A DNA stretch of 64,000 nt from Patescibacteria group bacterium (GCA_041737595.1 JBGSRK010000010.1:117375-181374), one strand, 5' to 3'; positions 9,579 to 20,193 are shown, counted from the stretch's first letter. The notes: generated by a model from the sequence alone, not told the origin. Numbers and translations: made by a program.

Positions 9579-10940
9579 ATAAAGATTCTCAATTTGGCTT
9601 GAGTATTCTTTTATAGATTTTGGAGGTTTTATTCTTCTCTGAAATTTGTTAATATTCTCTGGATCATTTGAGAAATATGACATAGCCCTCTCTAAATCCC
9701 CCGTCTTATCAGGGTTAAAGATTAAGCCATCTACATTATTTTTGACCCTTTCGGGCATTCCACCTCTATTAGAAATAATTACAGGTTTACCAAATGTATG
9801 AGCTTCATCTACAACTAACCCATAAATCTCATTCCATAACGATGGGACTACTACTACGTCTATCTTGTTCATTATTTTTGCTATATCAGTCGGTTTATAT
9901 ATACCACCATATTCAATTGAACTGATTTTACTTACTTCACTTAATGCCTCTCTAATTTTATTGTCTTTTTCGTCATATGAGCCATATATCTTTAAAGCGA
10001 CATCTTTGTTTTTGTCTGATAAACTCTTAAATTCATTTAATAACAGGTAAAAACCCTTATCTTTTGTTATGTGAGAGATAAAACCAAAGTTAACTTTTTC
10101 TCCTTTATGAATTTTTATTGCATTATCATTTAACTTAATCCCATGTTCTATATATTGTATCTTTTTAAAATTTATACCAAAATTAGTAGCTTCATTTTTT
10201 AAGTAATTTGAAGGAGATATTATTACATCGGCCATATTATAATATTCTTTAAATAAATTATTCCTTACTGATATCTCTTTTGGATCAATGTGCTTTTCAA
10301 GATCTCCGGCAATACTTTTTTTCTTTAATAGGTCAAAATTCCTTAAAAACCTAATAAATGCATCAGAAATTGGCTTAATTATTGGTAATCTTCTAAATAC
10401 TACATATGTTTTATATGCTAATGATTTTAATCTATACTTAAAACTTTTATCTCTAGGTTGCATAAGTCTCATACAATCTTCACAATCGTGTAGTATATTT
10501 TTGTTTTTAAAATTACAGTTTTTATCATGTTTGTAACCACGTATATACGGACATTTAAACCACATATCATGTAATGTTAAGAATAGAGGGATATTTTTTC
10601 CCTTTACTATAGAAATAAAATCTAGGGAAAAGTTGATAAGATGTTGAATATGTATAATATCTGGCTTAACTTCATCGATTACTTTTTTAAATTCATTATT
10701 AAAATAATCATTTTTATAAGTTTCTTGTGGGATTAATTTTTCGCGAGAATCAAAAACCTTAATAATATTTATTCCATCCTCTTTGTATGTTATTCTTTGC
10801 CTTTCTTCTTTGCTCTTAGCTTTTGTAAAAATATATAATTCATGTTTTTTTGCTAATTCAAAAGCTAAATCATGGGTATGATTTTCAACTCCAGCCCTAT
10901 GTTCTGGCCAATAATCATGTATAACAAATAATATTTTCAT
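9561..10940 (-). CDS. Glycosyltransferase family 4 with Cys-rich insertion
   Basis: 459 aa. MKILFVIHDYWPEHRAGVENHTHDLAFELAKKHELYIF is a GT4 N-terminal domain, and there is an HDCEDC Cys cluster. Confidence 0.7.
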   Translation of the reverse strand: MKILFVIHDYWPEHRAGVENHTHDLAFELAKKHELYIFTKAKSKEERQRITYKEDGINIIKVFDSREKLIPQETYKNDYFNNEFKKVIDEVKPDIIHIQHLINFSLDFISIVKGKNIPLFLTLHDMWFKCPYIRGYKHDKNCNFKNKNILHDCEDCMRLMQPRDKSFKYRLKSLAYKTYVVFRRLPIIKPISDAFIRFLRNFDLLKKKSIAGDLEKHIDPKEISVRNNLFKEYYNMADVIISPSNYLKNEATNFGINFKKIQYIEHGIKLNDNAIKIHKGEKVNFGFISHITKDKGFYLLLNEFKSLSDKNKDVALKIYGSYDEKDNKIREALSEVSKISSIEYGGIYKPTDIAKIMNKIDVVVVPSLWNEIYGLVVDEAHTFGKPVIISNRGGMPERVKNNVDGLIFNPDKTGDLERAMSYFSNDPENINKFQRRIKPPKSIKEYSSQIENLYLKKLS

Positions 10941-10941
10941 T

Positions 10942-12114
10942 TTAAAATATTTTTTTTAATTTTTCCGTTAATAACTCAAAAAAACATTTTTTTTTCTTCA
11001 TTTGAATTATTAGATCTCTTGAAGATTGTAATTCTTTATGAGCGACTTCCAATGATTTTTCAAGATTTTTTATATGTTTATCTTCTTCTATTAATTTAGA
11101 AAAATTATTTTCATATTTTTTAGTAATATTCAATAAATATTGGAATTCACATAATAACTCTCCGGATGATATTTTTGATTTTTTAAATCCATCTTTTATC
11201 ACTGATCCATATAAATTAATTAATTTATTAATATTGTTATCTAAACCATGATCTTGATGAATTGATTTATAAATAAGTTTTGGATTGTTATTATTATATT
11301 TTTTTATTTCTTTAATTAAATCATTTTCTGTATATTTAAGCCTATATTTACGACCAGAAAAATTATTATATCTAATTTTATTGAAATTATTAATTGTAAC
11401 CAAACCATCAGCTCCAAAAATATCATATACTATTACATTTCTATTACATGCGAGTGATTCTAATACCCCCCTACCCAAAGTTATTATTATATCTGAATTA
11501 TTAATTTGCTCAACTATATTTTCTTTAACATTATTAGGTAGACCAACATGTTGGTATTTAATATTAATTTTTTTACATGCTGCTTTAATAACTTTTTCAA
11601 CATTTAAATCTAGATGATTACTTAAAACTAAAACTTTTTTTGGAATTTTATTCCCAATTGAGGTTGGTTTAAATCTTTTAAGATCCACTGAATTATAGAT
11701 TTTTATTATATTACTTTTTGGAATTTTATATTTATTTTTATAATGATTTTCTATTTCATCACTTGTAACAATATATTTAGAAATACCAAGATTAACTGAA
11801 GGAGGTTGTTCTATTTCAGGGATAAAGCCGTGTGACATAAATACCATTGGAGTATTTGGAAAATAAGATCGTGCCATAATTGCTGTAATATTATGTTGAG
11901 AATGAATTATATCTATTTTTACTTTTTTAAAATTATCTAAATTATCTGTAATTTCAATATTATATTTTTTTAAACTATAACTTAAATCACCTATAATTGG
12001 TGAATATATAAAAACATTATTCCCCTTTTTACTTAGATTAATTGCTAAATCTCTTGTAAAAATTTCACTTCCAGAAAGAGTGGAAAATTTTTGCACTGTA
12101 ATTAATATATTCAT
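10942..12114 (-). CDS. Glycosyltransferase-like protein with C-terminal coiled coil
   Basis: 390 aa. The N-terminal half is GT4-like and the C-terminal 80 aa are heptad/coiled-coil-like. Confidence 0.4.
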   Translation of the reverse strand: MNILITVQKFSTLSGSEIFTRDLAINLSKKGNNVFIYSPIIGDLSYSLKKYNIEITDNLDNFKKVKIDIIHSQHNITAIMARSYFPNTPMVFMSHGFIPEIEQPPSVNLGISKYIVTSDEIENHYKNKYKIPKSNIIKIYNSVDLKRFKPTSIGNKIPKKVLVLSNHLDLNVEKVIKAACKKINIKYQHVGLPNNVKENIVEQINNSDIIITLGRGVLESLACNRNVIVYDIFGADGLVTINNFNKIRYNNFSGRKYRLKYTENDLIKEIKKYNNNNPKLIYKSIHQDHGLDNNINKLINLYGSVIKDGFKKSKISSGELLCEFQYLLNITKKYENNFSKLIEEDKHIKNLEKSLEVAHKELQSSRDLIIQMKKKKCFFELLTEKLKKIF

Positions 12115-14090
12115 TTCTTCGGATGTATTTTAATTGAATTATCTATTGCTGATTCCCAAGGATATAATGTTCTATTAAAATCTGATTTAAGATGGACTGC
12201 CTTACCTTTTCTATTCAACCATTTAGTAGAATACATGGGGAAATTATTGGCATAATAATCACAAGTATCTTCCCATTGTTTAATAGATATTGATTTGCCA
12301 TAATGTTGTGAGAAAAATTTTGTAATAATTTTACCATCAACAAAAGGTTCCCTTGCATCAATACCGGAAAATTTTACGCTTGGGTTATTCCGCCAAATCA
12401 TTAGAATATCTCTTCTTTCTGGGCCAAAATATTGTCTAAAATTTAATAGTTTTCCATTTCTATATGGGGATTTATCGTTGGTTGTTATATAAGCATCAAA
12501 TAGACTAATACGAATACCATTAATATCTAAAGACTCTTTACTTAATAAATATTTTTTTATATCACCAATAAAACGCTCATCTGCATCAAAATAAAAGAAC
12601 CATTTTGGGTTGTATTTTCTACCTGCTTCTAATAATAATTGACGGCTTTCTGTTTCTTCTACTGCTCTATCCTTTTTCCATATTTTATTATTTATCACTT
12701 CTATAACTTTTGGATGAGAATAAACTTTATCTAGGGTATCATCCGTACTAGCATCATTTAATACAATAATTTTATCTACAAATTTACTAACATGATCAAT
12801 TGTATCCTGTATTATTAAACTTTCATTCCTAACTCTAGTTAGCCCAATTATTTCAATATTATCATGCCAAAAACTACCTGACGAAATTATAGCTGGAGTT
12901 TTTGTAATGTTCTGTATATAAAATTTATGAGATTTAAACTTTTCAAAATATACTTCATCACTTTTCAAATCTCTAATACTAATTGATATTTGATAAATTC
13001 CAGTTTTAATGCTCGGTATCGAAATTTTAAAATAAAATTTTTTAGTGTCAAATAATTCATCAATCATTCTTATAGAATCAGCAATAATAAGATTATTCTT
13101 TTCGTCGTAAAGTCCAACTCCTAATAACAATCTTGATCGGATATTAACATCTGATTCCCCATAATCAACCTTTCCGCTTGCAATAATATCATCTCCAACA
13201 AGAAATTCCTGAGTTTTTTCATTTTTGCTATTTTTAAATTCTAAATTATTAACGCTTACGGTTGATTTTTTATCATTTTTATTTTTTTCAGGTAAAATAT
13301 TTAAAATGTTATATTTATGCACAGCTTCCTTAGGACTTCCAATAAATGAAATTTTACCTTTATCAAGCAATAAAACACGATCACAAAATTCTTCAATATT
13401 ACCCATTGAGTGACTAACAAAAACAACTGTTTTACCATTTTGTTTTAATTCTCTAAATTTATCAAAACATTTTTGTTGAAAATTATAATCACCAACAGCT
13501 AAAACCTCATCTATTAATACTATATCTGCATGAGCCTGAACAGCAACAGAAAAAGCTAATCTAACTTGCATACCTGAAGAAAAGTTCTTTAATTTATGAT
13601 CAACAAATTCTTCTAACTCAGCAAATTCAATTATCTCATTAAATTTTGTATCAATTTCTTTTCTAGTAAGGCCAAGTATTGTACCATTTAAATAAACATT
13701 ATCATGTGCCGAAAGTTCGGGATTAAAACCAACACCTAGTTCTAAAAATGGAGATAATCGACCCTTAATGCTTATCTTACCGCTATTAGGTTGGTATATT
13801 TTTGCTAACATCTTTAACATTGTAGATTTACCAGAACCATTTCTCCCAATAATTCCAAAGAACTCCCCCTCATTAATATTAAAAGAAATATCTTCAGCAA
13901 CCTTTAATTCTGTATACTTATTGCGTTTAAATAAGTTAAAAATAAATGATTTTAATGTTTTTCTTTGTTCATGTGGAATCTTAAAAATTTTAGATACATG
14001 GGAAACACTAATCGAAAGATTTTTATTATTAACATCTTTTTTAACTATGTCCTCTTTTTTTTGTTTATAACTAAAAATATTAAAAAACAT
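12111..14090 (-). CDS. Polysaccharide ABC exporter ATP-binding protein (Wzt/TagH-like) fused to a C-terminal GT2-like glycosyltransferase domain
   Basis: 659 aa. Walker A GRNGSGKST, the ABC signature LSGGMQVRLAFS and Walker B DIVLIDEVLAVGD lie in the first 270 aa. The C-terminal roughly 250 aa have TRVRNESLIIQDTIDHV...IIVLNDASTDDT...FYFDADE, a GT-A DXD-type pattern. Confidence 0.75.
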   Translation of the reverse strand: MFFNIFSYKQKKEDIVKKDVNNKNLSISVSHVSKIFKIPHEQRKTLKSFIFNLFKRNKYTELKVAEDISFNINEGEFFGIIGRNGSGKSTMLKMLAKIYQPNSGKISIKGRLSPFLELGVGFNPELSAHDNVYLNGTILGLTRKEIDTKFNEIIEFAELEEFVDHKLKNFSSGMQVRLAFSVAVQAHADIVLIDEVLAVGDYNFQQKCFDKFRELKQNGKTVVFVSHSMGNIEEFCDRVLLLDKGKISFIGSPKEAVHKYNILNILPEKNKNDKKSTVSVNNLEFKNSKNEKTQEFLVGDDIIASGKVDYGESDVNIRSRLLLGVGLYDEKNNLIIADSIRMIDELFDTKKFYFKISIPSIKTGIYQISISIRDLKSDEVYFEKFKSHKFYIQNITKTPAIISSGSFWHDNIEIIGLTRVRNESLIIQDTIDHVSKFVDKIIVLNDASTDDTLDKVYSHPKVIEVINNKIWKKDRAVEETESRQLLLEAGRKYNPKWFFYFDADERFIGDIKKYLLSKESLDINGIRISLFDAYITTNDKSPYRNGKLLNFRQYFGPERRDILMIWRNNPSVKFSGIDAREPFVDGKIITKFFSQHYGKSISIKQWEDTCDYYANNFPMYSTKWLNRKGKAVHLKSDFNRTLYPWESAIDNSIKIHPKK

Positions 14091-14932
14091 TAAACATCCT
14101 CTGCAAAACTATTAGACATTTTATTAAAAATAATATAACCAATAATAAATGTTATTAAAACTATAATCATAGGCAACCAGCTAAAGCACCAAAAATCGTT
14201 TGTAGTTAAAGTAGCGCCCTCCCCAATTAATATTATTCTCATATCAGAAATTACCTGTGCTAAAGGTGAAAGCATTTGAAATTTAGCATATTTAATTGGC
14301 ACTAAACTAAGTGGATAAATAATTGGAGTAGCATAAAATAATATTTGATTTAATACTTCCCAAATATGGCCCAAGTCTCTAAATTTAACAAAAATAGAAG
14401 AAAGTGCCAAACCAACACCTAAAATAAATAAATATAACTCGAAAATATATAAAAGAATAAATAATACACCAAAGTTGAAATTAACACCGTTAATAATTGC
14501 AAAAACAAAAACAGCAAACATATTTAAAACAAAAGTAAGTAATGCTGTAAAAGTTGATGAAATAACTAAAATTATTCTAGGGAAATATACTTTTCTAATT
14601 AAATCACCTTTTGAAGTAATGGACTGCATAGCTGCAGATGTTGCTTCGGCCCAAAACCCAAATGTTACAACACCTAATAATAAATATATTGGGTAATGGG
14701 GGATTGAATCCCCTAATTTAAAAACACTAGTAAATACAACATATAAAACCATGAAATATGCCAAAGGTTTGCCTAGTGACCAAAAATAACCAAGGATTGA
14801 TCTCTCATACTTTAGTTTAAAGTCTGTAAAAGAAAGTTCTTTAATTAGTTCCCAATAATTATGGTTAGTATTAAATTTATTATTATTTTTCATTAACTTC
14901 AATATACTATCAAATTTGATTATAAAAATCAA
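14090..14932 (-). CDS. ABC-2 type polysaccharide export permease (Wzm/TagG-like)
   Basis: 280 aa with 6 TM helices, an ABC-2 membrane profile, and a start overlapping the ATPase stop. Confidence 0.75.
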   Translation of the reverse strand: MIFIIKFDSILKLMKNNNKFNTNHNYWELIKELSFTDFKLKYERSILGYFWSLGKPLAYFMVLYVVFTSVFKLGDSIPHYPIYLLLGVVTFGFWAEATSAAMQSITSKGDLIRKVYFPRIILVISSTFTALLTFVLNMFAVFVFAIINGVNFNFGVLFILLYIFELYLFILGVGLALSSIFVKFRDLGHIWEVLNQILFYATPIIYPLSLVPIKYAKFQMLSPLAQVISDMRIILIGEGATLTTNDFWCFSWLPMIIVLITFIIGYIIFNKMSNSFAEDV

Positions 14933-17092
14933 TTAATAGATTATAGGTCCAAGAAAAAGAGAATTAAGTGCATTATTAGAAATTGGAACTATATTACCCC
15001 ATTTATATAATGGATCATAAACACTATGTTCATTAAAAGTTTGTGCACTAAAAACTGGCATTTTAGAACCTGACCCAATAACATAAACTGAACCATTATT
15101 TGAACCAAGTCTAGTTAGACGATTTGGAGAAGGATAATTTAAAAGAAAGGTATTATTTTTAGTATAAAAAATATTTATCCATGCAAACCCCCAATTATAA
15201 AAAGTATCTACATCAACGATTGGCCTTTTACCATCATCATCCATAAAATAAACCGAACCGCCATACGAATAGGTTACCAAACGTGGAAAAGTAATAAGTG
15301 CTCCTTTTGTCATTAAATTATAGGTATTTGCTGAAATTTTTTTAATATCACCCCATCCTAAACCCCAATTATCTTTAAATATATTAAAAGTGTCTGAGTC
15401 ATTAATTGGTCTTAATTTACCTTCTTGGGCCAAATAAACACTCCCAGTGTACAAAGCTAATTGAGTTAGTGGTTCTCCAGTTGGATATGTGTTAATAGTT
15501 GATAATGGTGCCCAATATACATTATCCCAATTAAAACCCCAATTATTGAATATACTACTATTTATAATTGGTCTCTTGTAGCCATTTTCAATATAAAAAA
15601 CACCACCAAGATTATATGATCCAATAAGATAGTCTTCAAAATTAACATTAAAAGTAACTGAATTTGCGTCGTGGCTATTTTGGGTAATTCTTATTTTATT
15701 CGCAGAATCATAAAACTCTCCTCCATCAGTAAGGGCAATATCTGACCAATTATTTGCTGGAGTCATATCTAAAAGATATGTGTCAAAAGGAACAGGCGGA
15801 TTATAATAAGGAGTATTAAAATAATCGGTATAAATTCTCCCAATAAGTCCCCTCGTAACCCCGGTGGGAAGATTAATGTCAAACCCTGTCGGTTGGCGAT
15901 ATTCAAACCAATAATAATCACTGGTGTTTGGTTTGGCGATTTTTAAAGCATGGTATCCCATTGTCGAGCTTTCCAAATCATCAATCGTATATGTCCCCGA
16001 CGTAGTAATGGTTCTCACCTTACCGTCCGGGACCCAACCTGCTTTATTTTTCCAGGCTGCATTCATATGAAAAACATTTGTCCAGCTACCGTTGCCACCC
16101 ATAACATCATATGCATCCTCATATCCTGTTGCCCCAGGCGTGCAAGAGGCATAAGCAACGATTGTTGATGCTCCGCAGTCTAAATTGCTTGAATGACCAG
16201 CACCGAAATTGTGCCCTAATTCATGAGAATAAACAAACCGGTCATTGTTTCCATTGTACCAAGTTTCGTCCCCGGAGACTTCTCCTAAACCTGCCCAACT
16301 ACACGACAAATTGTATGGGAAAATATACATAAATTTGGCATAGCTTGCTAAATTATATCCAGCATCTGTTGCGGCAGTGCGAGCAGCAACAGTCCATTGA
16401 TCTAATAGATTCCCAACTCCATAATATGAACATCCGACACCACTACTAAAAGGAATCGTGAGCCAACTTGACGTAACATTAGTAACGGTGCCATTTATTG
16501 ATACTTCTCCATTAGAAGCTTGTTTATAATAACTATTTGCCGAATCGGCATTTGAAAAAATCTGACCAGTAATTAGTGCCTGAGTAAAAGGCGCTGCTGA
16601 TGGGTCATTTTCCCAATTAAAAGTAATTGCAAGAACATCTTGCTGGCCGGTAATTTCTCTAACTGGTGGAATTAGAGTTTTGACTGTTTCAGCAACAAAT
16701 AAACCATCTATTTGATAACCTTCAACATTAACAGTTGAACCTGATTCTGCCATTTTCGTATCTTTTAAACCATAAAGATCAAATTTATTATTATCAGTTT
16801 CTAAAATAGTTATTTCAGTACTAGTATTCTCAGATGAAGCAATTAATCTTTTCACTTCTCCTTTTATACTTATCTTGGGAATATCTTTAAAATCATCTTT
16901 TATGAGCGCTTTTGAATCTGTTTGTATTTTTTTAATTAAACTTTTTTTATCAGAAATATGGGTGTACGTTTTTTGTTTATCTGGATTATTTATTTTAAAT
17001 TGTAATTGATTATTAACATCAATAGAATTTGGACTACCCCAAAACAAGACTAAAGCAAAAACAAACAATAGAAGATGTAATATTTTCTTCAT
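14933..17092 (-). CDS. Secreted metzincin-family zinc metalloprotease with C-terminal ~40-aa repeat domain
   Basis: 719 aa with a signal peptide (MKKILHLLLFVFALVLFWG) and VYSHELGHNFGAGHS, which is HEXXHXXGXXH. The C-terminal roughly 210 aa consist of repeated G-x-Y-x-I-x-x-G-x-[KR]-R-P-I...F...GF-W units shared with the next gene. Confidence 0.6.
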   Translation of the reverse strand: MKKILHLLLFVFALVLFWGSPNSIDVNNQLQFKINNPDKQKTYTHISDKKSLIKKIQTDSKALIKDDFKDIPKISIKGEVKRLIASSENTSTEITILETDNNKFDLYGLKDTKMAESGSTVNVEGYQIDGLFVAETVKTLIPPVREITGQQDVLAITFNWENDPSAAPFTQALITGQIFSNADSANSYYKQASNGEVSINGTVTNVTSSWLTIPFSSGVGCSYYGVGNLLDQWTVAARTAATDAGYNLASYAKFMYIFPYNLSCSWAGLGEVSGDETWYNGNNDRFVYSHELGHNFGAGHSSNLDCGASTIVAYASCTPGATGYEDAYDVMGGNGSWTNVFHMNAAWKNKAGWVPDGKVRTITTSGTYTIDDLESSTMGYHALKIAKPNTSDYYWFEYRQPTGFDINLPTGVTRGLIGRIYTDYFNTPYYNPPVPFDTYLLDMTPANNWSDIALTDGGEFYDSANKIRITQNSHDANSVTFNVNFEDYLIGSYNLGGVFYIENGYKRPIINSSIFNNWGFNWDNVYWAPLSTINTYPTGEPLTQLALYTGSVYLAQEGKLRPINDSDTFNIFKDNWGLGWGDIKKISANTYNLMTKGALITFPRLVTYSYGGSVYFMDDDGKRPIVDVDTFYNWGFAWINIFYTKNNTFLLNYPSPNRLTRLGSNNGSVYVIGSGSKMPVFSAQTFNEHSVYDPLYKWGNIVPISNNALNSLFLGPIIY
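15334..15509. repeat. ~177-bp near-identical segment shared between the two paralogous secreted-protein genes (copy 1)
   Basis: Direct comparison: ...tttaatatcaccccatcctaaaccccaattatctttaaatatattaaaagtgtctgagtcattaattggtcttaatttaccttcttgggcc... There are 2 mismatches against 17543..17718, and the flanks are about 80% identical. Confidence 0.8.
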
Positions 17093-17141
17093 TGTATTTA
17101 TTATAACAAAATAATTAGTATTTTATTTTAAAAATAAAATA

Positions 17142-19205
17142 CTAATAAATAATTTCTCCCAATTGTAATAAAGAGAGTGGATAATCAGAAATTGGTACAA
17201 CATCTTCCCAGCGATATAATGGATCAAATGTACTGTGGTTAATAAACGATTGAGCACTTGAAATTGGTCTTTTTGTTTTATTTTCAATGAGATAAATTGA
17301 CCCACGGTTAGAAACTAATCTAGTTAAGCGATTAGGGGAGGGGTAATTTAAAAGAAAGTTATTATTTTTAGTATAAAAAATATTATTCCAAATAAACCCA
17401 AAATTATTAAAAGTATCAATACTGTTAATTGGTCTTTTGCCATCGATATCCATAAAAAAAACTGAACCACCATATGAATAGGTAACTATTCTAGGAAAAT
17501 ATATTTTCACACCGACATTATAATAATTAAATAGATCAGTAGAAATTTTTTTAATATCACCCCATCCTAAGCCCCAATTATCTTTAAATATATTAAAAGT
17601 GTCTGAGTCATTAATTGGTCTTAATTTACCTTCTTGGGCCAAATAAACACTCCCAGAGTACAAAGCTAATTGAGTTAGTGGTTCTCCAGTTGGATATGTG
17701 TTAATAGTTGATAATGGTAAATTTGTATAATTATTTGGATACCCCCATGAATTATTTATTTCAATTTTATTTGCGGGTCTTTTTTCTCCACCATCAATCA
17801 AATAGTAACCATTTAGACCTTTTGTAGATACCCAAGGATTAACATTTGACCCTATAGATAAAAAATTAATAGAACTATCATCTAATATTGTAATATTATA
17901 ATCTTCAAGTTTTAATATAGCTATTAGTTGGTCGGAAATTAATTTTTTATTTCCATCATCAATAATATATTTTAAACCACTACTACCCTTAACTATAAAT
18001 GAAGAAAAATTATTCCCTAATATAAAATTAATATCACTTGAAATATCAGTAATTTTTATTTTAGGATAACCTAATTGTGAAATTAATTCTGGGTTTGTGA
18101 TATATCTCAATATCCCGTTATCCATAAAATAAAATTTACCGCTTTCTGGCTTTCTTATTATTTGTGATAATGACCCAATATCGTTTAACGTATATGAATT
18201 AATTGTATTAAGAATAATAATATCATCCCAATTAAACCCCCATAAATTAAATTGTTCTGGACTTACTATACCAAGTCTTGACCCTCTATCTATAAAATAA
18301 ACATGACCATTAATATTTATTAGCTTTGTTAAATTAACTAAACTTGTTGTATAACTATTAAAACTTTCTTCTGTAATATAATAAATTTTTCTTGTATTAA
18401 ATCCCCAACTATTAAAAATATTTGCTGGAATTGGATATTTTTTATTATTATCGACTAGATATACTCCCGTAGGGTTGTTTTCATTAACAATCAAATATGG
18501 GCCATCAGAATTAACAGTGCTAAAAAAATTTGTAAAAATTAGATAAAACGATGTTTGGATATGTGGCGTATATCTATACAAGGCTGCGGTTGGTCCATTT
18601 TTAATAATAAATGTTTGGCCATCAATTGTTATCGGATAATCAACCCAGTATTTAGTAGTACCAAAATCATTATATTCACTATGAGAAATTGCATAATCAG
18701 ACCACTTTTTTAGTCCAAAAGAACCCCATGCGACCTGCATTGAAAACCCCTTATAAACAGATAAAGTAATGCCACTTTCTAAATAGCCATAACCCATAGC
18801 TCCGTCTAATGAACTTTGCCCATTAAGTAACACTGAATTAGTAATTAAACTTTGTTCTTTTTGAAGTGTTACAAGAATTACTTTTGGGCTAAGACCATTC
18901 CAAATTGCACAATTATATATAATTTTTGATGCAGACCAACCCTTAACATTAACCGAGGGGCCTATATATACATCATTCGGCTCAGTATAATTTTTAAGAT
19001 AACTATTTTTTTCAACTAAAAATGACTGAATTTCAGCTTCATTCATAGAATATCTATTATAATATACCCCTTCATCAATAACTAAACTATTATCAAGGGC
19101 TGCCAATACTTCACTGGGGTTAAAAATAAGAAACAAACATGAAACAAAAAACATTAACCCTAGGATAATTAGTTTTGAATTAAATTTAAAGATAGTTAAT
19201 TTCAT
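17142..19205 (-). CDS. Secreted repeat protein, paralog of the preceding gene's C-terminal domain
   Basis: 687 aa with a signal peptide. The C-terminal region is near-identical to the 14933..17092 product (STINTYPTGEPLTQLALY.GSVYLAQEGKLRPINDSDTFNIFKDNWGLGWGDIKKIS...) and more internal repeats of the same type follow. Confidence 0.55.
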   Translation of the reverse strand: MKLTIFKFNSKLIILGLMFFVSCLFLIFNPSEVLAALDNSLVIDEGVYYNRYSMNEAEIQSFLVEKNSYLKNYTEPNDVYIGPSVNVKGWSASKIIYNCAIWNGLSPKVILVTLQKEQSLITNSVLLNGQSSLDGAMGYGYLESGITLSVYKGFSMQVAWGSFGLKKWSDYAISHSEYNDFGTTKYWVDYPITIDGQTFIIKNGPTAALYRYTPHIQTSFYLIFTNFFSTVNSDGPYLIVNENNPTGVYLVDNNKKYPIPANIFNSWGFNTRKIYYITEESFNSYTTSLVNLTKLININGHVYFIDRGSRLGIVSPEQFNLWGFNWDDIIILNTINSYTLNDIGSLSQIIRKPESGKFYFMDNGILRYITNPELISQLGYPKIKITDISSDINFILGNNFSSFIVKGSSGLKYIIDDGNKKLISDQLIAILKLEDYNITILDDSSINFLSIGSNVNPWVSTKGLNGYYLIDGGEKRPANKIEINNSWGYPNNYTNLPLSTINTYPTGEPLTQLALYSGSVYLAQEGKLRPINDSDTFNIFKDNWGLGWGDIKKISTDLFNYYNVGVKIYFPRIVTYSYGGSVFFMDIDGKRPINSIDTFNNFGFIWNNIFYTKNNNFLLNYPSPNRLTRLVSNRGSIYLIENKTKRPISSAQSFINHSTFDPLYRWEDVVPISDYPLSLLQLGEIIY
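17543..17718. repeat. ~177-bp near-identical segment (copy 2)
   Basis: Second copy of the repeat at 15334..15509. Confidence 0.8.
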
Positions 19206-19252
19206 AATATTTTACGATATGAATTATATCATAATGAAATGTTTTTTCTAAG

Positions 19253-20143
19253 TTAATTTAAATATAAATTTAATGATTCTTCCCAATCCGCAATATAAAT
19301 TCCACCCTCTTTTGCTTTTGTAAGATCTAGCGCTGAATAAGCAGGACGATTGGCAATTTTACTCGTATCTTTCCCGGCATAATATTCTTCAGTGGTAACA
19401 TATTTAACGTTTGAATTTTTGCCGGCAATTTCAAATATTTTCTTTGCAAAATCAGCCCAGGAAATAATTGGTCCATCACCAGTTACATGATAAATACCAG
19501 GGGGGATAGGAGTGGAAGAAGGAGATTGCCGCGTCGCAAGCTCCTCGCAATGACGGAGGGTCGAGAGAGAAATATCATACATTGCGCGAGCAAGATCGAG
19601 TGCATAGGTTGGTCGACCAACTTGATCTGAAACTACAGTTAATTCTGGATATTTTTCAGAAAGATCAATCATTGTTTTTACAAAGTTTTTACCATCACCA
19701 TAAACCCACGACGTTCGAAGAACATAACCACCTACTGCAAGTGTATGTTTTTCACCGGCTAGTTTTGTGGCACCATAAACACTTATTGGGTTAGGGGTTG
19801 CGTCTGGCTTGATTGGGCTAGTTGCGGTTCCATCAAAAACATAATCAGTTGAAATATAAATCATTTTAACGCCATGTTTTTGGCATGAAATTGCCAGATT
19901 TTCTGTCCCCCTATCATTAACAAGTGTACAAATATCTTTATTTTCTTCACATCCATCTACATTTGTATATGCAGCACAATGGAATAACCATTCTGGTTTA
20001 AATTTAATAAATGTTTTTTCTATTGCCTCTAAATCTGTAATATCCATATCATCAGAATCAGTAAAAAGAGTTACTTCATCTTTTAATACTTCTGAGAGTG
20101 CATGACCAAGCTGACCATGACCGCCAGTAACTAATACTTTCAT
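19253..20143 (-). CDS. rfbD: dTDP-4-dehydrorhamnose reductase
   Basis: 296 aa with MKVLVTGGHGQLGHAL, an RmlD-type Rossmann start. Confidence 0.8.
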   Translation of the reverse strand: MKVLVTGGHGQLGHALSEVLKDEVTLFTDSDDMDITDLEAIEKTFIKFKPEWLFHCAAYTNVDGCEENKDICTLVNDRGTENLAISCQKHGVKMIYISTDYVFDGTATSPIKPDATPNPISVYGATKLAGEKHTLAVGGYVLRTSWVYGDGKNFVKTMIDLSEKYPELTVVSDQVGRPTYALDLARAMYDISLSTLRHCEELATRQSPSSTPIPPGIYHVTGDGPIISWADFAKKIFEIAGKNSNVKYVTTEEYYAGKDTSKIANRPAYSALDLTKAKEGGIYIADWEESLNLYLN

Positions 20144-20193
20144 ATATTCTCCTTTCTTCGTTATTCAAATATAGACTGTAATGAAGAAATATT

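Noticed and set aside
15950-16332. Cys/His-rich short + strand ORFs (15950..16168, 16111..16332) inside the metzincin gene
   Set aside because: They are antisense shadows within a confidently coding - strand gene, with no independent signals.
17123-17305. 60-aa - strand ORF overlapping the 3' end of the 687-aa gene
   Set aside because: It lies within and past the stop region of a longer gene in another frame, and is AT-rich low-complexity, so it is a likely spurious ORF.
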